Source: an uncultured delta proteobacterium (lineage in GTDB: Bacteria; Desulfobacterota; BSN033; UBA1163). From it: a stretch of DNA of 64,000 nucleotides. The notes under the pieces were generated by a model. The model was not told the DNA's origin. It did not search any database and saw only the letters and a list, made by a program, of their open reading frames with translations. The stretch is from positions 640,001 through 704,000 of the forward strand of contig CAWHBU010000002.1 of the NCBI GenBank assembly GCA_963827685.1, written 5' to 3'. The position numbers and the translations under genes are program-made. Positions 22,526 through 33,105 of the stretch are shown one piece after another (within the stretch, counting starts at the first letter, position 1; the number at the start of each line of letters is the position of its first letter).

Positions 22526-23849
22526 AAAAGTTCAAGATTCCTTGAATCAATCGCGGATTGAAAGCGGATCTGCGTATCAAAGGACTGTTCTCGCTAATGG
22601 ACTCCGAGTGATTACAGAAGAAATCCCTTATCTCAGGTCTGTCTCCATCGGAGTGTGGGTGGTCACTGGGTCGAGAGATGAACAACCTCATGAAAACGGA
22701 ATCTCCCATTTTATTGAACACCTTCTCTTCAAAGGGACAGAAAAGAGGACTGCTTTTGACATCGCCAAGGAGATTGACTCTGTGGGTGGGACTCTGAACG
22801 CCTTTACAGGCAGGGAGTACACCTGTTTTTATGCTAAGGTGATCGATAATAATTTACCCCTCGCCATCGATCTCCTCTCGGATATTTTTCTCCATTCCAT
22901 CATGGATGGTAAAGATGTTGAAAAGGAGAGGATGGTGATCCTCCAGGAGATCAAGATGGTGGAAGATACTCCTGACGACTATATCCACGATCTCTTCAAC
23001 CGGGTCTGTTGGGGAGACCATCCGTTGGGTTTCCCAATTTATGGATCTTCAGAACTTGTCCAATCATTCAAACGAGATCAACTTCACCAATTTTTTAGGG
23101 AGAACTATCCGCCCAATCGAATCATTGTCTGCGCTGCGGGGAATTTAAGACACCAGGAGGTAGTTGACCTGATCGACGAGACGTTCGGTCAGATTCCAAG
23201 GTCGGACAAGGCAAGGGGAAGGGTAAAACCCGATCCCATCTCCACGACCAATGTCTGGAAAAGAGATTTAGAGCAGGTTCACTTTTGCCTCGGTACCAAA
23301 GGGCTCCAATACAACCATTCCCTTCGGTTTGCCTCGTATGTCCTGAACACCATTCTGGGAGGTGGGATGAGTTCAAGACTTTTTCAAGAGATCCGCGAGA
23401 ATCGTGGTTTGGCTTATTCTGTTTATTCCTATCTTCCGACCTATATCGATACGGGACTGGTCGTTGTTTATGCGGGGACCAATGAGGGCTCTTTTCAGGA
23501 GGCCACCGAACTGGTTCTCAAAGAGTTCAACCGTCTTAAGAAGGAACCTTTGAAGAATGGGGAATTGGAAACCGCGAAAGAACAGTTGAAAGGAAATCTT
23601 CTCCTTAGCCTCGAGAGTTCCGATAATCTGATGACCCGTCTGGCAAAGAATGAAATTTATTTTAAGGCCTACCTTCCTGTGGGGATGATCCTCAAAGGGA
23701 TTGACGAGGTAAATGAAGAAACCGTTCAACATTTGGCCAACGATATCTTTGATGAGCGATTCTTCTGCTTGACCGTCTTAGGCCCGATGAATGGGAATGA
23801 TTTGGACAAGGTCGGACTGACGGGGAAACAAAAAATACATCCTGTTTGA
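22509..23849 (+). CDS. M16-family (pitrilysin) zinc peptidase
   Basis: [13 protein letters not shown] (HxxEH), [14 protein letters not shown]. Confidence 0.93.
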   Translation: MEAKIKKVQDSLNQSRIESGSAYQRTVLANGLRVITEEIPYLRSVSIGVWVVTGSRDEQPHENGISHFIEHLLFKGTEKRTAFDIAKEIDSVGGTLNAFTGREYTCFYAKVIDNNLPLAIDLLSDIFLHSIMDGKDVEKERMVILQEIKMVEDTPDDYIHDLFNRVCWGDHPLGFPIYGSSELVQSFKRDQLHQFFRENYPPNRIIVCAAGNLRHQEVVDLIDETFGQIPRSDKARGRVKPDPISTTNVWKRDLEQVHFCLGTKGLQYNHSLRFASYVLNTILGGGMSSRLFQEIRENRGLAYSVYSYLPTYIDTGLVVVYAGTNEGSFQEATELVLKEFNRLKKEPLKNGELETAKEQLKGNLLLSLESSDNLMTRLAKNEIYFKAYLPVGMILKGIDEVNEETVQHLANDIFDERFFCLTVLGPMNGNDLDKVGLTGKQKIHPV

Positions 23850-24304
23850 GGGTGGGTGCGAGTTTGAGAATTTATATCAAACGTTTGAGAAAAGATCCAA
23901 GCGTGCCCATGCCCCAATACATGACAGCAGGTGCCTCCGGAATGGACCTCTTCGCCTCTCTCGAAAAAGAAATCACTCTGGAACCCGGGGAGAGAAAAAT
24001 GATTCCCACTGGAATTGCCGTGGCGATCCCGGAGGGGTTCGAAGGCCAAGTCAGACCCCGCAGTGGATTGGCCATTCAGAAGGGGATTGGCATTGTTAAT
24101 GGACCGGGGACGATCGATTCCGATTATCGCGGGGAGATTAGCGTCGTCCTGATCAATTTTGGAAAGGAACCCTTTACCATTCGTAATGGAGAAAGAATCG
24201 CTCAAATGGTGATCTCCCAAGTTTTTCGAGCCACTTTGGAAGAAGTGGATGACCTCCCAGCGACCCACAGGCAAGGAGGGGGATTTGGTCACACAGGGAT
24301 CTAA
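23846..24304 (+). CDS. dut: dUTPase
   Basis: ASGMDL, RPRSGLA, GTIDSDYRGEI, RQGGGFGHTG. Confidence 0.96.
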   Translation: MRVGASLRIYIKRLRKDPSVPMPQYMTAGASGMDLFASLEKEITLEPGERKMIPTGIAVAIPEGFEGQVRPRSGLAIQKGIGIVNGPGTIDSDYRGEISVVLINFGKEPFTIRNGERIAQMVISQVFRATLEEVDDLPATHRQGGGFGHTGI

Positions 24305-24335
24305 AGAAGAGCTCAAGACAATTACTCTCTTCATC

Positions 24336-24370
24336 AAAGCAGAGGAAATAATCCCCTCTGCTTTTTATTT
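24336..24370 (+). terminator. Intrinsic terminator after dut
   Basis: AAAGCAGAGG-N9-CCTCTGCTTT-TTATTT. Confidence 0.7.
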
Positions 24371-24393
24371 AATAAAAACACATTAAGCGAAGG

Positions 24394-24555
24394 GTCATTG
24401 CGAGGAGCGAAGCGACGAAGCAATCTCATAGTTTCAAAGTTAAGATTGCCACGCCTGCGTGCCGAAACATTTATCTGCACAAAGCGTTTCGGTTGAGGAA
24501 CGCATTCCGGCGTGCAGGCACGCTCTCCCGCTAAGGCGGGATCGCTCGCAATGAC
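24394..24555. repeat. Palindromic REP/RPE-like element with a nested second palindrome
   Basis: Terminal IR GTCATTGCGAG...CTCGCAATGAC; internal GCCTGCGTGCCG...CGGCGTGCAGGC. Confidence 0.75.
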
Positions 24556-24613
24556 GATATAAGAGCATTTATTGAGTTTGCATTAGCTCCCCTTTCATGA
24601 TTAGGGAAGTATC

Positions 24614-25501
24614 ATGGAACCGTTACTGGATCAGTTTCTTCATTACCTCATCGTTGAAAAAGGCCTCTCCAAAAATACCATCGATGCCTACCGCCATGGT
24701 TTGACTCGATTCTTAGGTCATCTGAGGGAAAAAGGGGTTCAGGAGATCCAAGAAGTTGGCAAACTCCATATCAGGGGATTTCTACTGGCTCTGAGAAGGA
24801 AGAACCTTAACACAAAGAGCATCGTGAGAGATTTGGTTGCCATTCGTTCCTTTTTTCGATTTTTGATTCAAGAAGGCATTCTGGAGTCCAATCCTGCTGA
24901 GGAACTGGAATCACCCAAGGTGGCAAAAACGCTTCCGGAAATTTTGACATTGAAGGAGATCGAGCAAATTTTGGAACAACCTAATGTTCACACTCCACTT
25001 GGAATAAGAGACCGGGCGATGTTGGAAATGCTATACGCCACAGGAATGAGGGTTTCCGAACTGACTCAGCTTCCGATTCATCAGGTTAACCTGGAAGGGG
25101 GATACGTCCTCCTCTACGGAAAGGGTTCAAAAGAAAGAATCGTTCCGCTCGGAAGCGAAGCGATGAAGTGGGTTACCATCTATTTAAAGACAGCCCGCGG
25201 AATCCTTTCGAAGGGGAAAGAGAACCTATCCCTTTTTATCAACCGCTCGGGGAAGGGGATGAGCCGACAGCGGTTCTGGAAAAGTCTTAAAAATCATGCG
25301 CGAAGAGCGGGTCTGCGTAAAAGGATCACCCCGCACCTTGTTCGTCACTCTTTTGCCAGCCATCTTTTAGAAAGAGGGGCGGATCTTCGTTCTGTCCAGA
25401 TGATGCTTGGCCATGTGGATATCTCCACCACCCAGATCTATACCCATGTGACTGGAGAGAGATTGAAGAAGGTTCATAAACAGTACCACCCGAGAGGGTA
25501 A
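24614..25501 (+). CDS. xerD: Site-specific tyrosine recombinase XerD
   Basis: RDRAMLEMLYATGMRVSEL, HLVRHSFASHLL, LGHVDISTTQIYTHV, HPRG end. Confidence 0.93.
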   Translation: MEPLLDQFLHYLIVEKGLSKNTIDAYRHGLTRFLGHLREKGVQEIQEVGKLHIRGFLLALRRKNLNTKSIVRDLVAIRSFFRFLIQEGILESNPAEELESPKVAKTLPEILTLKEIEQILEQPNVHTPLGIRDRAMLEMLYATGMRVSELTQLPIHQVNLEGGYVLLYGKGSKERIVPLGSEAMKWVTIYLKTARGILSKGKENLSLFINRSGKGMSRQRFWKSLKNHARRAGLRKRITPHLVRHSFASHLLERGADLRSVQMMLGHVDISTTQIYTHVTGERLKKVHKQYHPRG

Positions 25502-25514
25502 AAATTATCAGTTA

Positions 25515-25585
25515 AGAGTTTAGAGTTCGGAGTTTAGAATTAAGAATTAAATTCTTTAAACTCATAATTCATAACTCATAACTCT
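25515..25585. repeat. Inverted arrays of degenerate heptamer repeats
   Basis: AGAGTTT/AGAGTTC/GGAGTTT/AGAATTA facing AAACTCA/TAATTCA/TAACTCA/TAACTCT. Confidence 0.6.
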
Positions 25586-25600
25586 TAATTCAATGTCATT

Positions 25601-28243
25601 ATGGAAGTGATCACCACCCATATTAATGCGGATTTTGATTCTTTGGCCTCCATGCTGGCCGCTAAAAAGCTCTATCCCAATGCCGTCTTGGTCTTTCCTG
25701 GCTCTCAAGAGAGAAGCCTTCGTGATTTTTTCATCCATTCCACCCTCTATGCCTTTGAGGTGGAGCGGGTCAAAAATATTGATCTTGAGGAAGTGAAACG
25801 ACTCATTTTGGTTGACACTCGTCAGATCAGTCGAATCGGAAAGTTTTCAGAGGTTCTATCCAAACCCGGTTTAGACATTCACATCTATGATCATCATCCT
25901 CCTTCTTCGGAGGATCTCCATGGGTCCCTGGAGGTTCTCTCAGAGGTAGGCGCAACGGTGACACTCCTTCTCGATATCCTTCAAAAAAAGGGAATCGAGA
26001 TCACCCCTGACGAGGCGACTGTGATGATGTTGGGGATTTATGAAGATACAGGGAACTTGACCTTTCCTTCAACCAAAGAGGACGATTTCAAAGCGGCTGG
26101 GTACCTGGCCCGAAAGGGGGCGAATCTCAGCGTCCTATCGAATGTGATCATCAAGGAACTCACCGCAGAGCAAATCTTTTTGTTGAATGATCTGATCCAA
26201 TCCGCTACGCGATATAGCTTTCACGGGATCGATGTCGTCATTGCTCAGGCTTCTGTGGATCGGTATGTGGGGGATATTGCCGTACTGGTCCATAAATTGA
26301 AAGATATGGAAAATCTGGATGTGCTCTTTGTGCTGGTCAGGATGGAAGACCGAATTTACTTGATCGGGAGGAGTCGCCTGGAAGAGGTGAACGTTTCAGA
26401 AATCGCCAGCGAATTTGGAGGGGGAGGGCATCCCACCGCAGCCTCTGCAACAGTCAAGGGGATGCCCCTTGTAGAGGCCCATGATCGATTGATCAAAACA
26501 TTAAGAGAGATGGTGAGGCCCAAAAAGGTGGCAAGGGATACGATGGTCTATCCTGTTAAGAGTATTGAACCGGAACGAACCCTGAAAGAAGCTGGAGAGA
26601 TATTGACCCGGTATAATCTGAACGTCCTTCCTGTCTTTCAGGACGAAAAAGTGATTGGCTTGATTTCAAAACAAGTCGTGGAAAAGGCTGTGTATCATGG
26701 CCTAAAAAGTTCCTTGGTGAAGGAATATATGACGACGGAGTTTTCGGTCGTCTCCCCAGATACGCCTTTTTTTCGAGTCCAGGCGCTCATCATCGGACAG
26801 AACCAGAGCCTCCTGCCTGTCATTGAAAAAGATCGATTGGTGGGAACCATTTCTGCAGGGGACGTCATGCGGATTCTTCAAGAGGAGATGATGAAGTCGG
26901 AAAAGGGGGTTTCTGTTTTTGAGAGCCAGCCCCTTTATACCCGGAAAAAGATGATCTCCAAATTGATGAGAGAACGTTTCCCTGAGCGAATCTACAACCT
27001 GCTGATAGAATTTGGAAGGGTAGGGGATGCGTTGGGATATTCCGTCTTTGGCGTCGGGGGGTTTGTCAGAGACCTGTTGTTGAGGGTAGAAAACTTCGAT
27101 GTGGATATTGTGGTGGAGGGAGATGGGATTCGCCTGGCTGAGGAATTCGAAAAAAAGTTCCCCTGCCGGATTCGAACGCATAAAAAATTTGGGACGGCGA
27201 TCATCCTCTTCCCCGATGGGTTGAAAGTCGATGTGGCTACCGCTCGCTGGGAGTTCTACGATTCTCCGGCAGCCCTGCCTACCGTGGAAAAGGCTTCCAT
27301 CAAGACGGACCTCTATCGGAGGGACTTTACCGTCAACACCCTGGCCATTCAACTCAATCCAAAGGCGTTTGGCGAGCTGATCGATTTTTTTGGAGGGGTA
27401 AGAGATGTCAAAGAAAAAGTGATCAGGGTCCTTCACAATCTCTCTTTTGTCGAAGATCCCACCCGAGTCTTTCGGGCGATCCGTTTTGAGCAACGTTTTG
27501 GATTCCAAATCGGAAAACATACCCAGAATCTGATGAAGAATGCGGTGAAAGTAGGGTTTTTAGAACGTCTCTCAGGGGGACGGATTCTCTCCGAGCTCAT
27601 CCTCATCCTTCAGGAGGAAGCCCCTCTCTCCGTCCTGAAACGGATGAGAGATTTTAATCTCTTTCATTTCCTCCACCCCAGCCTTAAATTCGATGAGCAA
27701 GCCGAGGTTCTTTTTGAACAGATCCATCATGTCATCTCCTGGTTCGACCTGCTTTTCCTGCAGAAGCAATATGAGCGTTGGCTCATCTATTTTTATGGAC
27801 TCACCGATTTCTTAAAAGAAGGAGAGAGGGAAGCGCTTTGTCAAAGATTGGCCATGAATGAAAAGCTTAGAAAGAGGGTGCTGGAAGGGAAACTTCAGGC
27901 GGACCAGGCTCTTCTCCAAATCTTCTCTTGGGTCAGCACAGACCGAAGACCGAAACGGTCAGAGATTTATGACATCCTTGATCCCCTTTCTACTGAATCA
28001 AAACTCTTTATGATGGCCAAGACGACCCAGGTACCGACCCGCCGTTATATCTCCCTGTATTTCACACAGCTGAAAGATACAAAACCGCTCTTGAAAGGAA
28101 GGGATTTGATTCAAATGGGAATGAAATCAGGTCCTTCGATTAAAAGAGCCCTAACGAGTTTGCTCAAAGCCAGATTGGACGAGCAGGTGACTACCCGACA
28201 AGATGAGATGGAGTATATCTCGAAGGCCCAAGGAATGGAATAA
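25601..28243 (+). CDS. DHH-DHHA1-CBS-fused class II tRNA nucleotidyltransferase (probably A-adding)
   Basis: TTHINADFD, DHH, GGGGH, two CBS domains, VGGFVRDLLL..DVDIVV, DLYRRDFTVN, EDPTRVFRA. Confidence 0.88.
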   Translation: MEVITTHINADFDSLASMLAAKKLYPNAVLVFPGSQERSLRDFFIHSTLYAFEVERVKNIDLEEVKRLILVDTRQISRIGKFSEVLSKPGLDIHIYDHHPPSSEDLHGSLEVLSEVGATVTLLLDILQKKGIEITPDEATVMMLGIYEDTGNLTFPSTKEDDFKAAGYLARKGANLSVLSNVIIKELTAEQIFLLNDLIQSATRYSFHGIDVVIAQASVDRYVGDIAVLVHKLKDMENLDVLFVLVRMEDRIYLIGRSRLEEVNVSEIASEFGGGGHPTAASATVKGMPLVEAHDRLIKTLREMVRPKKVARDTMVYPVKSIEPERTLKEAGEILTRYNLNVLPVFQDEKVIGLISKQVVEKAVYHGLKSSLVKEYMTTEFSVVSPDTPFFRVQALIIGQNQSLLPVIEKDRLVGTISAGDVMRILQEEMMKSEKGVSVFESQPLYTRKKMISKLMRERFPERIYNLLIEFGRVGDALGYSVFGVGGFVRDLLLRVENFDVDIVVEGDGIRLAEEFEKKFPCRIRTHKKFGTAIILFPDGLKVDVATARWEFYDSPAALPTVEKASIKTDLYRRDFTVNTLAIQLNPKAFGELIDFFGGVRDVKEKVIRVLHNLSFVEDPTRVFRAIRFEQRFGFQIGKHTQNLMKNAVKVGFLERLSGGRILSELILILQEEAPLSVLKRMRDFNLFHFLHPSLKFDEQAEVLFEQIHHVISWFDLLFLQKQYERWLIYFYGLTDFLKEGEREALCQRLAMNEKLRKRVLEGKLQADQALLQIFSWVSTDRRPKRSEIYDILDPLSTESKLFMMAKTTQVPTRRYISLYFTQLKDTKPLLKGRDLIQMGMKSGPSIKRALTSLLKARLDEQVTTRQDEMEYISKAQGME

Positions 28244-28983
28244 TGGTTGGAGACGATTTACGTTCAGAGGAAAAACACGCCTATACCTTCCGATTGGAGG
28301 GGTTTGAAGGGCCGCTTGACCTGTTGCTCCATCTTATTCAGAAGAACGAATTGGATATCTTCAATATTCCCATCGCCCTCATCACCGAACAGTATTTAGA
28401 ATATCTCCAATTGATGAAGGTACTCAACTTGGATATCGCTGGGGAGTACCTGTTGATGGCTTCCACTCTCCTTCATATCAAATCGAAGATGTTGCTCCCC
28501 AAATCTTCAGAGGGAGAAGAAGAGGAGGAAGAAGATCCAAGGGCAGAACTGGTCCGAAGGCTTTTGGAGTATCAGAAATATAAACAGGCCGCACTTGATT
28601 TGGAGAAAAGGCCCTTATTGGACCGGGACGTCTTCATCCGGTTGGTGGCGGCAGAGCCTGAAGAGAAACCGGAGGAAGAAAGAATTGAGGTGAATCTTTT
28701 TGAACTCTTCGAGGCTTTTCGGAAAGTTCTAGAGAGGGTTAAATCAGAGACTGTCCATGAAGTCATCTTAGAACAACTCAGCGTTGAGGATAAAATTCAA
28801 GAAATCGTGACCCTTCTTGAAAAGGAAAATCGAAGCGTGGCGTTTCATCGCCTTTTTCCTGAACAGGCTTCCAGGAGAGTCGTTGTGATCACTTTGTTGG
28901 CCATACTCGAACTGGTTAAGATGAAACGCATTCGCATCTTCCAGCTGGCTCCCTTCGAGACGATTCGAATATCACCGCTTTGA
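28243..28983 (+). CDS. scpA: Segregation and condensation protein A
   Basis: FEGPLDLLLHLI, EDPRAELVRRLLEY, LAILELVK. Confidence 0.93.
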   Translation: MVGDDLRSEEKHAYTFRLEGFEGPLDLLLHLIQKNELDIFNIPIALITEQYLEYLQLMKVLNLDIAGEYLLMASTLLHIKSKMLLPKSSEGEEEEEEDPRAELVRRLLEYQKYKQAALDLEKRPLLDRDVFIRLVAAEPEEKPEEERIEVNLFELFEAFRKVLERVKSETVHEVILEQLSVEDKIQEIVTLLEKENRSVAFHRLFPEQASRRVVVITLLAILELVKMKRIRIFQLAPFETIRISPL

Positions 28984-29068
28984 ACAGGGTCTACGATGGA
29001 TGGATTAAAAGGCAGGTTTCGTGTATGATAGAGGGCAGGAAAGGCAGAACTACTGGCTGTGCGCATGG

Positions 29069-29105
29069 CGCCTGCCTGCAAGAAGCGTTTCGGCGAAGGC
29101 AGGCT
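29069..29105. repeat. REP-like hairpin
   Basis: GCCTGCCT...AGGCAGGC palindrome, related to the elements at ~24452, ~30790 and ~36452. Confidence 0.55.
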
Positions 29106-29140
29106 AAGCGCTTAGTGTCTTTTTAAATAGGGAGGGATCC

Positions 29141-30025
29141 ATGAAACAGAAACGAATCTTCATCGGGTTGGGTGTGATCGTAGCACTTCTCATTTTCTTT
29201 TTTGGCATTCTTTTCCTTGTTGGACGCTATGCCGGGGGGAGGTCCAGCCGACTTGCCTTTGGAGATAAGATTGCCATTGTGGAGATTAAGGGAGTGATCA
29301 GCCAGTCTTCTGGAATCATTGAAGAGCTCCAGCAGTATCTTGAGGATGAAGGGGTCAAGGCCATCATCCTCAGGATCGATTCTCCAGGTGGGGGTGTAGG
29401 CCCGGCGCAAGAGATCTACCGGGAGGTGATGAAGATCAAGTCAAAGAAAAAAGTGGTTACCTCCATGGGGTCTGTGGCGGCGTCTGGGGGCTATTACGTC
29501 GCATGCGCCTCTGATCTCATCGTTGCAAATCCTGGGACGATTACCGGTTCGATCGGGGTGATCATGCAATTCTCAAATTTTGAAGAGCTTCTTAAAAAAA
29601 TTGGAATCAAGGGAGTGGTGCTCAAAAGCGGGGAGCATAAAGATATCGGATCCCCTTTCCGCGAGATGACCCCGGAGGAGAAAAAAATCATGCAGGAAGT
29701 GCTTGACAATGTCCACCAACAATTCATTCAGGCCGTGGCGGATGGTAGAAAAATGGACCGATCTAAAGTCGTTGAGATCGCAGATGGTCGAATCCTAACA
29801 GGGGAGCAGGCTAAGAATTTGGGGTTGGTTGACCGAATGGGGAATCTTCAGGATACGATCGATATTGCTGCCAATATGGTAGGAATAGTGGGGAAGCCGA
29901 ACGTCCTCTATCCTAAAAAGAGGCTTTCGATCTGGGAACTTTTGATGAGAGATATGGCTTCTGCGATCATCGACGTATTGAATGAGAAGGGATATGAATT
30001 GAACTCTCCCTTACAGGTTAAATAG
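29141..30025 (+). CDS. sppA: Signal peptide peptidase SppA (36K type)
   Basis: LRIDSPGG, AASGGYY, TGSIGVI. Confidence 0.93.
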   Translation: MKQKRIFIGLGVIVALLIFFFGILFLVGRYAGGRSSRLAFGDKIAIVEIKGVISQSSGIIEELQQYLEDEGVKAIILRIDSPGGGVGPAQEIYREVMKIKSKKKVVTSMGSVAASGGYYVACASDLIVANPGTITGSIGVIMQFSNFEELLKKIGIKGVVLKSGEHKDIGSPFREMTPEEKKIMQEVLDNVHQQFIQAVADGRKMDRSKVVEIADGRILTGEQAKNLGLVDRMGNLQDTIDIAANMVGIVGKPNVLYPKKRLSIWELLMRDMASAIIDVLNEKGYELNSPLQVK

Positions 30026-30034
30026 AACCATTAC

Positions 30035-30703
30035 CTAAGCTATTAATTCGGCGATCTTTTTCATATCCTCCCAGACCTCTCTCTTTCGTTCAGGATTCCT
30101 CAACAGAAAGGCGGGGTGATAGGTGGGAATCACCTTGATTCCCTCGAGATCGAAAAGCTTCCCCCGGAGGGCCGTAATCTTAGTATCGGTTTTGAGTAGC
30201 GTCTGAGCGGAAAAAGTCCCAAGGGCGCAGATGATTTTTGGCTGAATCACACGGATCTGTTTCATCAGAAAGGGATTACAGCTTTGGATCTCATCTGGCT
30301 CCGGATTCCGATTCTGCGGCGGTCGGCATTTAATGATGTTAGCGATGTAAACCTCTTCTCTTGAAAGGTTGATAGATTGAAGGATCTTCGTCAGCAGTTG
30401 GCCAGCCTTCCCTACGAAAGGTCTTCCTTGAACATCTTCATCGTACCCGGGGCCTTCCCCGATGAACATCAAGCTTGACTTTTCGTTTCCTTCTCCAAAC
30501 ACAATTGTCCTTCTTGTTTGGTGAAGTTTGCACCTCTGACAATCTCCTAACTCTTTTCGCACCTCCGCCAGAGTCGGGATTTCCGAGCGAGACGTTTTTT
30601 TAGAGTTACCCTCTGAAGTGGGTAGGGAGGAAATACCCATTCCTTTAAGATATTCGAGATAGGATTTGAGATCCGTAATCATCTCACCCATTTTTTCATC
30701 CAT
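30035..30703 (-). CDS. Family 4 uracil-DNA glycosylase
   Basis: CQRCKL, GEGPG..ED..GRPFVG.AG, KCRPPQNR, TYHPAFLLRNP. Confidence 0.93.
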   Translation of the reverse strand: MDEKMGEMITDLKSYLEYLKGMGISSLPTSEGNSKKTSRSEIPTLAEVRKELGDCQRCKLHQTRRTIVFGEGNEKSSLMFIGEGPGYDEDVQGRPFVGKAGQLLTKILQSINLSREEVYIANIIKCRPPQNRNPEPDEIQSCNPFLMKQIRVIQPKIICALGTFSAQTLLKTDTKITALRGKLFDLEGIKVIPTYHPAFLLRNPERKREVWEDMKKIAELIA

Positions 30704-30770
30704 GAAACGTCTCTTCTCAAATAAAATTCAAATAGCTTTTTTCACTGCCCTTGTCAAGCGTTTCAACCCT

Positions 30771-30940
30771 TTGACCCTCCTCCTTTGGCGCCTGCCGGAA
30801 GGCAGAAGGGGGATTTGGGAGAATTTCGTTATATCCCCTTGGCATCCCAGTCCGAAGCCAGGCTGAGGCAGGGGTTGACCCTGAAAGGCGCATTCCTCCT
30901 TGTCTAAATGGCAAGTGTTTGGTGCCGTCGAGGGGGTCAA
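30771..30940. repeat. Composite REP/MITE-like intergenic element
   Basis: Imperfect terminal IR TTGACCC(T)CCTC..GGCGCC / GGTGCC..GAGGGGGTCAA; internal CCTGCC..GGCAG and AAGGGGGATTT motifs. Confidence 0.45.
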
Positions 30941-31391
30941 GATTTTGTGTTAAAATCTTGGATACCTAAAGGGGGGGAGTATGGGCTGAAATTTCCAAAA
31001 TTTGATTGGGTTTAAAAAAAGATTAAGATAACCTCTTATCAACAAAGACAAAGATATTGACACTTGTCACAGCAATTCAGACACTGGACTTCAGACATTA
31101 TACTATACTGAACACTGAACTTTTAATCGTAAGGCGTTGGTCGTAAGGCGTAAGGGGTAACTCCTAACGACTGGCGAGTTGCGGTCGGTACGACCGTCCG
31201 TACCGCGGCACTTTCACGGGAAAAAGTCTGAGGTCTATAGTCTTACTGTCTGAATCACAGATACTTGTCATAGATTTTGCAATAAAATATATATTATGGT
31301 ATATATAGCTTGAATTTTTATCGAGTTTCAATTGATAAGTATTTGTTATGTTTGAGAAATTTATAACCTTAAGAAGTCGGTGGGCTTTGAA

Positions 31392-33098
31392 ATGAAGTCG
31401 AAGTATTCTCCGTTCGTTTCTTTTTTGATTGAGCGAGGAGTGGTTCAAAACGAAGATATAGAGAAGGCCTCCTCAAATGAGCCATCAGATAATGCCCCCA
31501 TTGAAGAGCGCCTCCTCGCTTCAGGTCTCCTCACGGAAGATGTGTTTCGTTCCTGTGCTGAAGAATTTTTTGGGGTTCCTTTCGCCACTCCTGGCGATTG
31601 GCCGCAAGAACCCGTTCTCGTCAATAATCTATCTGTTCAATTCATGAAAGAATCGAGATTCATCCCGGCTCGTTTGGAGGACAAGAAATTGACCGTCCTG
31701 ATGAACAATCCGTTGGATTTTTATACCATTGATGCCATACGTCTGGCGACAGGCTACGATGTCCGAGTGCTCTACGGGAAAGAAGAAGGTATCCACTGGG
31801 CCATTGAGCAATACTACGGCTCGGGCGTGACCTCCATGGAGAAAATTATTGAGGACATCGATGGCATACCGGAGTACCACGTGGAGGAAGAAGAGAACGT
31901 CGATCATCTTCGAGATATGGCCTCTGAGGGGCCAGTGATCCGTCTGGTCAACCTTATTATCACGAGGGCGATTGAATTGAGGGCCAGTGACATTCATTTT
32001 GAGCCTTTTGAGGATCAGTTCAGAGTTCGGTATCGAATTGACGGGGTACTCCATGACGTGGAATCGCCTCCGAAGCGACTTCAAGCCGCGATCGTTTCGC
32101 GTGTGAAAATTATGGCCAAATTGAATATCGCAGAAAGGCGGCTTCCTCAGGACGGACGAATCATGCTCCGTGTAAAAGGAAAGGAAATTGATTTTCGGGT
32201 CTCTTCGGTTCCGACCATCTATGGTGAAAGCATTGTTTTAAGAATTTTGGACAAGAGCAGTATCGTCCTCGATATTGAGAGATTGGGTTTTCCGGGGGAT
32301 ACCTTGATCGGATTCAATGATCTCATCCAAAGGCCCCACGGGATCATTCTGGTGACTGGCCCTACGGGGAGCGGAAAGACGACGACCCTTTACTGCGCGT
32401 TGGGAAAGATCAACTCCCCTGAAAAGAAGATCATCACGGTGGAAGATCCGGTAGAGTATCAGCTGAAAGGGATCAATCAGATTCAGGTAAAGCCAACTAT
32501 CGGACTCACTTTTTCCAATACCTTACGATCCATCGTCCGGCAAGACCCGGATGTCATTCTCATCGGTGAAATTCGGGATGCGGAGACCGCTGAAATTGCC
32601 ATTCACTCTGCATTGACCGGCCACTTAGTGCTGAGCACTCTGCATACGAATGATGCTCCGAGTGCCATCACGCGGCTCGTGGACATGGGAATGGAAGACT
32701 TTCTTCTCTCCTCCACCATCATCGGAATATTGGCACAGCGCTTGGTTCGCGTCGCCTGCCCTCATTGTCGCGAACCCTATTCTCCTTCCCCGGAAATAAG
32801 GAGAGAAATGAAACTGGACGGTTTCAATCTTGCCGATTTGAATTTTTTTGAGGTGAAGGGATGCGAGCATTGTTCTCAGACAGGATACTGGGGCCGTTCG
32901 GGAATTTTTGAATTTCTTAGAGTAACGGATGATATCCAAAAACTCATTCTGGGGAAGAAGGATTCTAATATCATCAAAGAAGCATCTCGCAAAAATGGGA
33001 TGAGGACCTTGAGGGAAGACGGTTGGTTGAAGGTCAAGCAGGGGATGACGACCGTTTCCGAGGTGTTGAGGGTGACCCAGGAAGAGGAAGTGATTTAA
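31392..33098 (+). CDS. gspE: Type II secretion ATPase GspE
   Basis: ASDIHFEP, TGPTGSGKTTTLY, EDPVE, RQDPD, tetracysteine motif. Confidence 0.95.
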   Translation: MKSKYSPFVSFLIERGVVQNEDIEKASSNEPSDNAPIEERLLASGLLTEDVFRSCAEEFFGVPFATPGDWPQEPVLVNNLSVQFMKESRFIPARLEDKKLTVLMNNPLDFYTIDAIRLATGYDVRVLYGKEEGIHWAIEQYYGSGVTSMEKIIEDIDGIPEYHVEEEENVDHLRDMASEGPVIRLVNLIITRAIELRASDIHFEPFEDQFRVRYRIDGVLHDVESPPKRLQAAIVSRVKIMAKLNIAERRLPQDGRIMLRVKGKEIDFRVSSVPTIYGESIVLRILDKSSIVLDIERLGFPGDTLIGFNDLIQRPHGIILVTGPTGSGKTTTLYCALGKINSPEKKIITVEDPVEYQLKGINQIQVKPTIGLTFSNTLRSIVRQDPDVILIGEIRDAETAEIAIHSALTGHLVLSTLHTNDAPSAITRLVDMGMEDFLLSSTIIGILAQRLVRVACPHCREPYSPSPEIRREMKLDGFNLADLNFFEVKGCEHCSQTGYWGRSGIFEFLRVTDDIQKLILGKKDSNIIKEASRKNGMRTLREDGWLKVKQGMTTVSEVLRVTQEEEVI

Positions 33099-33105
33099 GC
33101 AAACC

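Noticed and set aside
30771-30940. 6S RNA or riboswitch
   Set aside because: Contains REP-type motifs; no recognisable conserved RNA motif
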